38,105 bases of DNA, taken from an uncultured bacterium (lineage in GTDB: Bacteria > Bacillota_I > Bacilli_A > RFN20 > CAG-826). The translations under genes and the position numbers were made by a program. This document shows positions 25,830 to 34,666 of this stretch, one piece after another. A model generated the notes under the pieces. It searched no databases. It was not told the origin of the DNA and saw only the letters and a program-made list of their open reading frames with translations. How positions within the stretch are numbered: the first letter of the stretch is position 1; each line of letters starts with the position of its first letter. The stretch covers positions 1 through 38,105 of the forward strand of contig CASEST010000008.1 in assembly GCA_949290725.1 (NCBI GenBank), in the 5' to 3' direction.

Positions 25830-26763
25830 CTTCTTTTTCACTTTTTAATTTATAAAACATTCTTCCATCCAAGGCGAATAACTTATTAGTAAATTCTCCA
25901 CCTTCAATTTCACTAAATGCTTTATCTAACGCTTTCATTTTGGCATCTATTTCATCAATAAAAGATAGAATCAATGCCTCACGGGTTAAAGGAGGTATTG
26001 GTGAGCCAAATTCTAATTTTCCATGATGTGAAAGAATTAAATGTTTTAATAAAAGAACTTCTTCTCCATCAATATTTAATTTTTTTGCTGCTTCATCAAC
26101 TAGCATAGCCCCAATAACTAGATGCCCAACTAAACTCCCTTCCTTAGTATAGGTTGTACCAATAACTCCGCTTAATTCCTCACATTTTCCAATATCATGA
26201 AGTAAACATCCTGCAAGCAATAGATCATAATTTAAACTCTTATAATGCGAGCAAAGGCTTTGAGCGATCTCACACATTGATACAGTATGTTCCATTAAAC
26301 CTCTTAAATAATCATGATGATTGCTCATTGCGGCTGGATAAGTTAAAAATCTATCTTTATATTGTTTAAATATTTCTAAAACAATCTTCTTTATGCTTTC
26401 ATTTTTCAAAGTAGCTAAAATCGAATTCAATTTATTTTTAAGTTCGCTTCCACTTAATTCTGAAGCTGGAATTAAGTCAGTTAAATCAATCGAATTTACA
26501 TCAATTAAATTTCCAGAATAAATCTTGATTTGCAATTTATCTTTATATTCAATGGTATCCCCATCAACATAAACAATATTTCCAGCTTTAAAAACTTCTA
26601 AATCTTCATCATCATAATCCCACTTTTTGCTTTCAATAATTCCGCTTTTATCTTGTAAAAAAACGGTCATATAACTTAACCCATTATTAGTTACGCCTTT
26701 AATAACATTTTTTACAATATAATAACCTTTAGCGGAATAACCATCTTTTAAATCTTTAATCAT
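25822..26763 (-). CDS. yhaM: 3'-5' exoribonuclease YhaM (OB-fold + HD domain)
   Basis: N-terminal OB fold (YMTVFLQDKSGIIESKKWD) and HD domain (HHDYLRGLMEHT...LLHDIGK...SHHGKLEFGSP). Confidence 0.9.
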   Translation of the reverse strand: MIKDLKDGYSAKGYYIVKNVIKGVTNNGLSYMTVFLQDKSGIIESKKWDYDDEDLEVFKAGNIVYVDGDTIEYKDKLQIKIYSGNLIDVNSIDLTDLIPASELSGSELKNKLNSILATLKNESIKKIVLEIFKQYKDRFLTYPAAMSNHHDYLRGLMEHTVSMCEIAQSLCSHYKSLNYDLLLAGCLLHDIGKCEELSGVIGTTYTKEGSLVGHLVIGAMLVDEAAKKLNIDGEEVLLLKHLILSHHGKLEFGSPIPPLTREALILSFIDEIDAKMKALDKAFSEIEGGEFTNKLFALDGRMFYKLKSEKEEK

Positions 26764-27574
26764 TTTTTCTTTCGTCCTTATTCTCTTTATTAATTAATGT
26801 TTCTACATCACTTAAATTATAACCTCGATTTACTAAATATGAGGTAATTAAATCTTTTTTGCCGATTTCCTTTTTATACTTTTCACAAGCTTTTTGAAAT
26901 TCCTTCTCAAGTCTTAAGAATTCCTTGTTTTGGTCAATTTTTAAAGAAGATAATAAATCATTAATAATCTCTAAATCAAAGCCGCGGGAAAGCATTAATT
27001 CGCTAATTTTCTTTTTTTGTTTAGCAACATTATTTGATACATATTTATTTTTAATTAACTCAAAATATTTATTAGCTTTTTCTACTTCTTTTTCATCATT
27101 AAATTCTAATTTTTCAATTATTTCATCTTTAATTCCTTTATCCTTAAAAAAATTAATTATGTAATATTTTCCATAAAATGAAGAAGTAAAATATTCAAAA
27201 TAAGTATAAACATATTCAAGATCATCGATAATCTTTTTTTCTTCTAATACTTTAATAACTTCATTGATCTCTTCGATATTTAAAGGAAATTTTGCCTTCG
27301 CTTTCTCTTCTAATTCCATTTTTGAAAAAGGTTTACGAACAATTAAATTAATTAAATAAGATTTAATATTATTCTTTAAATCTTCACTTAAAATAAGATT
27401 TAGATATGTTCGATCAATTTCTCCATCATTAAAATGATTACTTTCATAAGTCGAGTAATTAATTTTGGCTTTTTTAATAAAGTCATTGTCTTTATATTCG
27501 AAATAAACATTATTATCTCTAATTTTTATTTTTAAAATTAAAATTTTGTCATTACCAGTTTTTTCGGATTGCAC
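26756..27574 (-). CDS. recX: RecX-family regulator (272 aa)
   Basis: Repeated three-helix RecX modules (KPFSKMELEEKAKAKF...IIDDLEYVYTYFEY...GKYYIINFFKDKGI...LMLSRGFDLEII). Start reassigned to the GTG at 27574 with GGAGG 9 nt upstream. The longer ORF-track N-terminus overlaps the glycosyltransferase gene. Confidence 0.75.
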   Translation of the reverse strand: MQSEKTGNDKILILKIKIRDNNVYFEYKDNDFIKKAKINYSTYESNHFNDGEIDRTYLNLILSEDLKNNIKSYLINLIVRKPFSKMELEEKAKAKFPLNIEEINEVIKVLEEKKIIDDLEYVYTYFEYFTSSFYGKYYIINFFKDKGIKDEIIEKLEFNDEKEVEKANKYFELIKNKYVSNNVAKQKKKISELMLSRGFDLEIINDLLSSLKIDQNKEFLRLEKEFQKACEKYKKEIGKKDLITSYLVNRGYNLSDVETLINKENKDERKND

Positions 27575-28715
27575 GCTTATAAACCTCCATAATATTTTTA
27601 TAAAAGGTATTGTCAGAAAACATCGAAATAGAATTATATGCATTATCGCATATTTTATTAAGATCCTCATCGCTATAACTCATAATCTCGTGAAGCTTAA
27701 ATTTAAAGTCATGTTCGTCTTGGAAAAAGAATCCAGTAACTTTATTATTAATAACATTTACTAAATTATTATCAAAACGACATAAAATTGGGCGATGAGC
27801 GGCCATAGCTTCCATAAAGGTCAAACCTTGAGTTTCGCTAATAGAAGCGTTTAAAAATAGATTTGATAAGCCATAAAAAAGCGGAACTTTTGTTAAATTA
27901 ACTTTCCCTAAAAACAAGACTCGATCTGAAATATTCAATTCTTTGGCTTGTTTTATAAGTTCATTTTCAGCCGGACCAGCTCCAACAAAAATCATCATTG
28001 TTTTTTTATCATGATAATAATCTAAAAATTCTTTATAACCATCGATTAAAATATCAAAACTCTTTTCTTTTGCGAGCCTTCCTAAACAAAGCAAGATAAA
28101 TTTTTCTTCTAGATTATGTTCTTTTTTTATTCTTTCAACTTCTTCAATGTCATAATTTTGAAATCGAGAAAAGTCAAAACCTGTAGGAACAACATTAATC
28201 ATTTTCTCTAATCCAATTGATCTTAGATAAACTTCAGTCTTCTCACTTGGACAAATAATTTCACTTGCGCGAATCATCGAGGAACGTGTAAATTCACGAA
28301 TTGCCCATTTAGAAAAACGATCAAAATAACCCTTAGTCGCATAATAAGTATAATCTTCATACATCGTATGATAAGTATAGACGCTAGGAATATTTAATCT
28401 TTTTGCGACACTAAAACCAAATTGTCCAATACCAAATTCAGTATTTACGTGAATAATATCGAGTTTTAATGATTTGATTAGTTTAAACGCTTTACTATTA
28501 AAAATAAAAGCCGCACGATAGCCATATAATTGCTTCAATTCTAAGCCGGGAATACCAATAACATTATTTTTATAAGTAACATATTTTGCTGAGGTAGTAG
28601 TTACGACATAACAATTATGCCCCATTTTATTAAGCAAATTAAATAAAGAAGTAACCGATGTTGCCACCCCATTAACCTCTGGAAAAAATGTATCAGAAAA
28701 TAATGCGATATTCAT
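27552..28715 (-). CDS. GT4-family glycosyltransferase, diacylglycerol glycolipid-synthase-like
   Basis: N-terminus MNIALFSDTFFPEVNGVATS typical of MGlcDAG/DGlcDAG synthases (Acholeplasma MGS, CpoA type). E-x7-E motif ETQGLTFME. Confidence 0.85.
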   Translation of the reverse strand: MNIALFSDTFFPEVNGVATSVTSLFNLLNKMGHNCYVVTTTSAKYVTYKNNVIGIPGLELKQLYGYRAAFIFNSKAFKLIKSLKLDIIHVNTEFGIGQFGFSVAKRLNIPSVYTYHTMYEDYTYYATKGYFDRFSKWAIREFTRSSMIRASEIICPSEKTEVYLRSIGLEKMINVVPTGFDFSRFQNYDIEEVERIKKEHNLEEKFILLCLGRLAKEKSFDILIDGYKEFLDYYHDKKTMMIFVGAGPAENELIKQAKELNISDRVLFLGKVNLTKVPLFYGLSNLFLNASISETQGLTFMEAMAAHRPILCRFDNNLVNVINNKVTGFFFQDEHDFKFKLHEIMSYSDEDLNKICDNAYNSISMFSDNTFYKNIMEVYKRAIRKNW

Positions 28716-28720
28716 AGAAA

Positions 28721-30109
28721 CTACTTCTTATGCCTCTCCTTTTTTTCTCGTTTTTCTTCATCGTGTTTATTTTTTTCAATTTCTTTATCTTTTAATTGCA
28801 AATTTAAAGTTTCTTTTCTATCCTCTAAAGTTTCGAAAGATAAAGTTAACATTGTCTTTCGATTTCCTGTAGGAAGAATGCGATCCTTAATTCGAACGCC
28901 TCTTGATTTATAAGTCGCAGCAACGATTCCACAAATAATAAATGGAATGTAAAAACTCATTATTCTCCAAAATAATAAGACTAAATTTCCTCCGCCACTT
29001 CTATAAAAATCGCTACTGAAAAAGTTTGAGCTAGAACCAAATAGTCTTTCAAAAACATATTCAGAAATTCCAGCTGTTCCAGGAATAGGAATTAAGCCTG
29101 TAACCATTTGATGGAAATTTGTAAAAACTATTGAATCATAGGCTTTTAAAAAATAATTAACATCCCCATTAAAGCCAACAAAACCATTTAAAGTTAGTCC
29201 GCTTAAAAAAGGATAAAGTCCAGTCCCAACAAGAATTAAGAAGGTTAAAAAGACTAAAAAAATCGTAAATGGAAGATTGCTTCTTAATCGAGCTAATTCA
29301 ATTCGATAATTCTCAACTTGTAAACGCAAGTTTTCTTTCTTTTTTTCAACATTTTTTACTAAATGAATCTTACCTAAAAAATTTATTCCATGATTAATTA
29401 CAAAATTATGTAATCTTCTAGAAGATGACATCAAAATCAATAATAAAATCGTAAAAATATTTAGTGAAAAACCTAAAACAATAAAAATCCAAAAAGGGAT
29501 CGGAGGTATTGGATTTCCAAAGACTTCAATATCGACAGGGAAAGCAGGGATATTTAAAATTTGATCAAATCGAGTAATAATTGAAATCAAACCGAAGAAA
29601 ATTAAAACTGATTGATAAACAATAAAATTCATAACCATGACTGAGGCGCCATTTGAAATTGGGACTCCTTGTTTATTAAAAACAAAAACTTTTGCAATCT
29701 CTCCTCCATAGGCACCTGGAGTTATTGAAGAATAGAAAATATCAATCGCTTGAGCTGCCAAGCCCTGGTGGAAGCGATAATGACGCTGATACATTCTGCA
29801 ATATAAAAACATCATGAAAGAATTAATTAGAAAAACAATTAAAATAACTGAGAAAAAGATGCATAAGAAAGTAATATTCATATTCGCTAAAAAATATGGA
29901 ACTTTCTCATAAACTAATGTTGGGTCATCATCAGAAACCGGTTGAACAAGATTGTACCAAATAACTACAGCAGTAATAAGTAAAACAACGCATAAATAAA
30001 TTAAATATTTAAGCTTAGAATTTTTCTTTTTTTCAGCCTGATTCGAAGGAGATTTTTTATCATTAGATTCGTAATTTATTTCAGTTTGTAAATCTTTGCT
30101 TTCTTCCAT
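28721..30109 (-). CDS. Flippase-like (UPF0104 / LPG_synthase_TM, MprF N-terminal type) integral membrane protein, 462 aa
   Basis: About 8 TM helices, conserved ITPGAYGGEIAKV and IPIPGTAGISEYVFE loops. Charged N- and C-terminal tails. Confidence 0.75.
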   Translation of the reverse strand: MEESKDLQTEINYESNDKKSPSNQAEKKKNSKLKYLIYLCVVLLITAVVIWYNLVQPVSDDDPTLVYEKVPYFLANMNITFLCIFFSVILIVFLINSFMMFLYCRMYQRHYRFHQGLAAQAIDIFYSSITPGAYGGEIAKVFVFNKQGVPISNGASVMVMNFIVYQSVLIFFGLISIITRFDQILNIPAFPVDIEVFGNPIPPIPFWIFIVLGFSLNIFTILLLILMSSSRRLHNFVINHGINFLGKIHLVKNVEKKKENLRLQVENYRIELARLRSNLPFTIFLVFLTFLILVGTGLYPFLSGLTLNGFVGFNGDVNYFLKAYDSIVFTNFHQMVTGLIPIPGTAGISEYVFERLFGSSSNFFSSDFYRSGGGNLVLLFWRIMSFYIPFIICGIVAATYKSRGVRIKDRILPTGNRKTMLTLSFETLEDRKETLNLQLKDKEIEKNKHDEEKREKKERHKK

Positions 30110-30142
30110 AGTATTAAATAGTATACCATAGAAAAAATATCG

Positions 30143-30170
30143 TTGTCTTTCTTAATTATTATTCTATAAT
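30143..30170 (+). promoter_or_regulatory. Candidate promoter giving a leaderless ABC-exporter mRNA
   Basis: TTGTCT (30143-30148), 16 nt, TATAAT (30165-30170). The ATG at 30178 is 7 nt after the -10, and there is no Shine-Dalgarno. Confidence 0.45.
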
Positions 30171-30177
30171 AATTAAC

Positions 30178-31980
30178 ATGAGTAAAATAAGCAAAGCTAA
30201 AAACATTATGTTAGAAGGGAATAGATTTAGATACTATTTCTATTTTTTTGTTCTATTTATTTCTCTTCTTTTTTATATGCTTGGGACTTATACTACCAAA
30301 GCTTTAATTGATGCAATAAATAAAGAACCATTTGAAACGATGGATATTTTAGAACAAGCATTCTTTAATATTTTTGGTGGTTATGATTTTTTAACAGAAA
30401 ATGTTTGGGTTTTCTCTATTATTTTATTAATTTTTGCCCTTTTAAGCGGTGGAACAGCTGCCTTTAGATTTATCTATCGTGCCAATACCTCTACAAGGAT
30501 GGGAAAACAGCTTCAGGACGCTTTATTCTATAAAGTTGAAAGGCTTCCATATTCACAAGTAAAAGGAATGAAAAATGGTGACATTTTACAAACATGTACT
30601 CGAGATGAGGATGTTTTTAGAAGATTTTTAACCGACCATATGTATTCTATTTTTTATTCTGTATTCATAGTCATTATCGCTTTAATTATTTTGTTCATAA
30701 CTAGTTGGGAAATAGCCTTAGTTACAATGGCTTTAATGCCTATTATGTTCGTTTATTCCTTCTTTTTAATTAAGGAAGTCAGAAAAAGATATCGTGCGAC
30801 TGATGATAGTGAAGGAGAAATGACTTCAAAGGTTGAAGAAAATCTTTCCGCAGTTAGAGTTGTAAAAGCATTTAATAATGAAGCATACGAAATCAAAGAT
30901 TTTGATAGATATATTGCTGATTACAAAAAGAAATTTTTGCATTGGAGAAAAATGAGCGCATTTTTCTTCTCTTCTTCTGATATTTTTATTTTTGGTCAAA
31001 TTTTACTAACTACGGTTGTAGGTTTTTATATGGCATATCAACACGCACTTAATCCTGCAATTGGAATTACTGTTGGAACAATGGTAATTGCTTTTACTTA
31101 TACTGATACCATTGTTTGGCCTATTAGAGACTTAGCAACAATTTTATCTAATATTGCTAGGGCTTACGCCGCAGCTGAAAGAATTAATATTATATTGGAT
31201 TCTCCAATGGAAGATATATATAGCGGCAAAAAACCAGATATTAAAGGTGATATTGAATTTAATCATGTTTCATTTTCTTTTCCGGATGATCCTATTCATC
31301 ATGCGATTGAAGATGTAACTTTTTCAATAAAAGCTGGTCAAACTATTGCTATTATGGGAAAAACCGGCAGTGGAAAATCAACTTTAGCATATTTATTAAA
31401 TAGATTATATGATTACCAATCTGGTGAAATTAAAATTGATGGCGAAAATATTCAAAACATTGAAAAATCTTGGTTAAGAAAGCAGATTGCTTTGATTTTA
31501 CAAGAACCATTCCTTTTTTCTAAAACGGTTAAAGAAAACTTGATTATCGGAAAAAAAGACGTCACTGAACAAGATATTACAAGAGCTACAAAAATTTCTC
31601 AAATTCATGATTCAATTAAAAAATTCCAATTTGGATATGATACTCCTGTTGGCGAAAGAGGAACTACTTTAAGTGGTGGTCAAAAGCAAAGAGTCGCTAT
31701 TGCTAGGAGTCTTATTTTAAACTCACCTGTATTAGTTTTTGACGATTCTTTATCTGCTGTTGATACTGAGACAGACTATAACATTCGTCAAGCTTTAAAA
31801 AATCGCGAAACGCATTCAACAACTATTATTATTACCCACCGTATTGCAACCGCAAAAGATGCTGATTTAATTATCGTTTTAAATGATGGGAAAATTGAAG
31901 CAATGGGTAAACACGAAGATTTAATAAAACTTGATGGTCTTTACCAAAGAGTTTATAAAATTCAAACTAAAATGGAGTAA
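30178..31980 (+). CDS. ABC exporter subunit (TMD-NBD), NBD with degenerate catalytic residue
   Basis: Six-TM exporter domain. Walker A GKTGSGKST, signature LSGGQKQR, Walker B VLVFDD (Asp instead of the catalytic Glu), H-loop ITHR. Confidence 0.92.
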   Translation: MSKISKAKNIMLEGNRFRYYFYFFVLFISLLFYMLGTYTTKALIDAINKEPFETMDILEQAFFNIFGGYDFLTENVWVFSIILLIFALLSGGTAAFRFIYRANTSTRMGKQLQDALFYKVERLPYSQVKGMKNGDILQTCTRDEDVFRRFLTDHMYSIFYSVFIVIIALIILFITSWEIALVTMALMPIMFVYSFFLIKEVRKRYRATDDSEGEMTSKVEENLSAVRVVKAFNNEAYEIKDFDRYIADYKKKFLHWRKMSAFFFSSSDIFIFGQILLTTVVGFYMAYQHALNPAIGITVGTMVIAFTYTDTIVWPIRDLATILSNIARAYAAAERINIILDSPMEDIYSGKKPDIKGDIEFNHVSFSFPDDPIHHAIEDVTFSIKAGQTIAIMGKTGSGKSTLAYLLNRLYDYQSGEIKIDGENIQNIEKSWLRKQIALILQEPFLFSKTVKENLIIGKKDVTEQDITRATKISQIHDSIKKFQFGYDTPVGERGTTLSGGQKQRVAIARSLILNSPVLVFDDSLSAVDTETDYNIRQALKNRETHSTTIIITHRIATAKDADLIIVLNDGKIEAMGKHEDLIKLDGLYQRVYKIQTKME

Positions 31981-31982
31981 TT

Positions 31983-33926
31983 ATGGCAAGCGCATATATC
32001 GAAGAGAGTGTTATTAGCAATAAATTAAATCTCTCAGTTTGGTTAAAAACAGTTAAATATATCAAAAAATTATGGCCGATAATTATCGTCCTTCTTTTGT
32101 GTATGCTTTTCCAAGCATTTTATGATTCATCTTATACTCCTACCGCTTCAGCTGCTTTAATCGATGCTTTTAATGATAATGGACAGCTAATTGGTGGTGG
32201 TGTTTCTATTTGGGATATTTCATTAAATTTTAATATTTTGGGTATAGTTTTTGATTTAACATTCAAAGATTATCTTATTACTTCCTTAGTTTTAGTTTTT
32301 GTTCGTTCATTAGCAATGTTTGGCTTATTCTTTTCAATGAATTATGTTGAGATGGCGATAATGACCGAATTAAGAAAAGATGCTTTTAAAAGGATTCAAG
32401 AATTATCTTTTTCTTATTTTGATCGTACTCCTTCAGGCTGGCTCATTGCTAGATTAAATAACGATGCCGCTTCGATTGGTGAGGTTTTATCTTATTCGGT
32501 TTTAAGAGTTTTCCAAATTACAATGAGTTTACTTTTTACCTTAATTACGATGTTTGTCCAATCATGGGAATTGTCTTTAATTATCTTAGCTACTACTCCG
32601 CTAATCTTTTTAGTAGTTATGATATTTGAAAAATTAATTTTAAAATTCTCACGTATTGCAAGAAATGCTTATTCTTATTTCGTTGGCTGGCTAGCTGAAT
32701 CAATTAATGGTAATAAAACTATTAAAACGATGGCGATTGAAGAAACAATCAAAGATGAATGCTTAGAAATTACAGATGATGTTCGTAAAAAAAGACTAAA
32801 AACTCAAAGAATATCAGGTTTATTCTGGCCTAGCGTTGATTTTTTAAGTTATGTTACTACTGCTATTATTATTCTTGTTTTCCCATTAATGAATATTCAA
32901 TCAGCAACAGTTAGTGGAGCTGCTTTATTAGTATTATTTATTCAATTTGTCTCACATATTTATAACCCAATTCGACAATTTGCTGAAATCTTTTCTGATT
33001 TAATGGCTACACAAGCTAGCGTTGAAAAGTTATTTTTGTTAATTGACACTAAACCTACTTTGGTCGATTCTAAAGAAGTTATCGCAAAATATGGTGATAT
33101 TTTCCATAATAAAACCGAGAATTTTGAGCCATTAAAAGGAGATATTAAGTTCGATCATGTTTCTTTTTCTTATAATAAAGATGTTGAAGTAATCCATGAT
33201 TTGAATTTGCATATCGAAAAAGGAACATCTTTAGCGATAGTTGGAGAAACTGGAAGTGGAAAATCTACTACCGTTAACTTACTATGTCGTTTCTATGAAC
33301 CTAGTAATGGAAGAATTTTAGTAGATGATGTTGATTATAAAGAGCGTAGCGTTAGTTGGCTTCGTTCAAACATCGGATTTGTTCAACAAACTCCATTTAT
33401 TTTTAAAGGAACAATCAAAGATAATATTCGTTATGGAAAATTAGATGCTACTGATGAAGAAATTATTAACGTTTGTAAACAATTGGATATCGATAATTTT
33501 ATAACCTCGCTAAAAAATGGTTATGATACTTATTTAAAGGATGGTGGTAATGAATTATCTCAAGGACAAAAACAATTGATTACATTTGCTCGCGCCATAG
33601 TTAGAAATCCAAAGATATTGATTTTAGATGAAGCTACATCCTCAATTGATACTGAAACTGAACATGATATCCAAGGGGCAATTAATAAAATGTTAACCGG
33701 TAGAACATCTTTAATAATCGCTCACCGTTTATCTACAATTGTCGATGCTAATCGAATTTTAGTTATGAAAGATGGATTAGTAGTTGAAGATGGAAATCAT
33801 AAAAGTTTAATGGAAAAAAGAGGATATTACTATAAACTTTATATGAACCAATTTAAAGAACTTAATATCGGTGAACAACTTGACCAATATCAAGATCAAA
33901 TATTAGATAAAAATGTTAATTTATAA
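31983..33926 (+). CDS. ABC exporter subunit (TMD-NBD), canonical catalytic NBD with degenerate signature
   Basis: Walker A GETGSGKST, Walker B ILILDEATS, H-loop IAHR, signature LSQGQKQL (non-canonical). Confidence 0.92.
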   Translation: MASAYIEESVISNKLNLSVWLKTVKYIKKLWPIIIVLLLCMLFQAFYDSSYTPTASAALIDAFNDNGQLIGGGVSIWDISLNFNILGIVFDLTFKDYLITSLVLVFVRSLAMFGLFFSMNYVEMAIMTELRKDAFKRIQELSFSYFDRTPSGWLIARLNNDAASIGEVLSYSVLRVFQITMSLLFTLITMFVQSWELSLIILATTPLIFLVVMIFEKLILKFSRIARNAYSYFVGWLAESINGNKTIKTMAIEETIKDECLEITDDVRKKRLKTQRISGLFWPSVDFLSYVTTAIIILVFPLMNIQSATVSGAALLVLFIQFVSHIYNPIRQFAEIFSDLMATQASVEKLFLLIDTKPTLVDSKEVIAKYGDIFHNKTENFEPLKGDIKFDHVSFSYNKDVEVIHDLNLHIEKGTSLAIVGETGSGKSTTVNLLCRFYEPSNGRILVDDVDYKERSVSWLRSNIGFVQQTPFIFKGTIKDNIRYGKLDATDEEIINVCKQLDIDNFITSLKNGYDTYLKDGGNELSQGQKQLITFARAIVRNPKILILDEATSSIDTETEHDIQGAINKMLTGRTSLIIAHRLSTIVDANRILVMKDGLVVEDGNHKSLMEKRGYYYKLYMNQFKELNIGEQLDQYQDQILDKNVNL

Positions 33927-33956
33927 AAACCACAATCATGTGGTTTTTATTTTTTA
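33927..33956 (+). terminator. Rho-independent terminator of the ABC operon
   Basis: AAACCACA-ATCA-TGTGGTTT followed by TTATTTTTT. Confidence 0.8.
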
Positions 33957-34029
33957 TCATCTTTTTTTCTATAACTTATTATTATTAAAGTTCCTAATTA
34001 AAAAGAAAGTTTAATTAGATTTAAAGAAA

Positions 34030-34599
34030 TTAAAAAATATACCTATCACTTAAAAAATAATTATATATAGTCCTTGTTAAATAAGTATATCTAATAACAA
34101 CATCTTTGTTCTTAACTTTCAAATTCCTTAATTTAGGATAATCAATATATCCACAGCCTTTCATTACTTTATAAGATGCTAAATTATCAATATTACAACG
34201 AATTATTATGCGATTAACTAAGCAAGAATTAAATAAATACTTAGTAACTCCTTTTAAAGCTTCTTTCATTAAGCCTTGATTTTGATAAAGCGGATTTAAA
34301 ACATAACCAATCTCTACTTCTTCTTTTGTTTCATCTAATTTAGTAACATCTATCGCTCCAATAAGCTTATTATTTTCTTTTAAACGAATCGCCCAACGAA
34401 AGGTTTTTGAATCGTATTTAGTAGCAACATTTTTTAAATAATTTTTAGCATCATCTATTGTAGTATAACTTTCCCATGTTAAAAACTTAGTTACTTCATC
34501 GTTAGAAGCATATTCATATAAATCTAAATAATCATTTTCATTAAATTTAGTTAATACAATTCTATTTAAAGATATTATTTTAGTTCCTAAATAATTCAT
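34030..34599 (-). CDS. GNAT N-acetyltransferase (RimJ/RimL-like)
   Basis: WAIRLKENNKLIGAIDV...EIGYVLNPLYQNQGLMKEAL...N..S.KVMKGCGY pattern of the RimJ/RimL family. Confidence 0.85.
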   Translation of the reverse strand: MNYLGTKIISLNRIVLTKFNENDYLDLYEYASNDEVTKFLTWESYTTIDDAKNYLKNVATKYDSKTFRWAIRLKENNKLIGAIDVTKLDETKEEVEIGYVLNPLYQNQGLMKEALKGVTKYLFNSCLVNRIIIRCNIDNLASYKVMKGCGYIDYPKLRNLKVKNKDVVIRYTYLTRTIYNYFLSDRYIF

Positions 34600-34610
34600 T
34601 CGTTTATTAT

Positions 34611-34645
34611 AACAAAAATAGGCAAATCCAAAAAGATTTGCCTAT
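34611..34645 (-). terminator. Rho-independent terminator after the P-type ATPase
   Basis: Minus strand ATAGGCAAATC-TTTTTG-GATTTGCCTAT followed by TTTTGTT. Confidence 0.8.
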
Positions 34646-34666
34646 TTAATAAACTAATTAATTTTA

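Noticed and set aside
26756-27670. The 304-aa version of RecX with a hydrophobic N-terminal extension.
   Set aside because: The extra 32 codons overlap the glycosyltransferase 3' end and have no RBS. A GTG with GGAGG at optimal spacing gives a protein of normal RecX size.
145-27764. Fifteen ORF-track entries lying antisense to, or out of frame within, longer genes: 145-390+, 1128-1310+, 4845-5108+, 11935-12132+, 14352-14771+, 17931-18167+, 18893-19093+, 20716-20961+, 21148-21363+, 21675-21869+, 21858-22088-, 23431-23622-, 25071-25328+, 26925-27164+, 27546-27764+.
   Set aside because: Each is fully or largely embedded in a longer ORF with clear family motifs. They have low-complexity, S/L/I/F/K-rich translations typical of shadow frames in AT-rich DNA, and no RBS or family resemblance.
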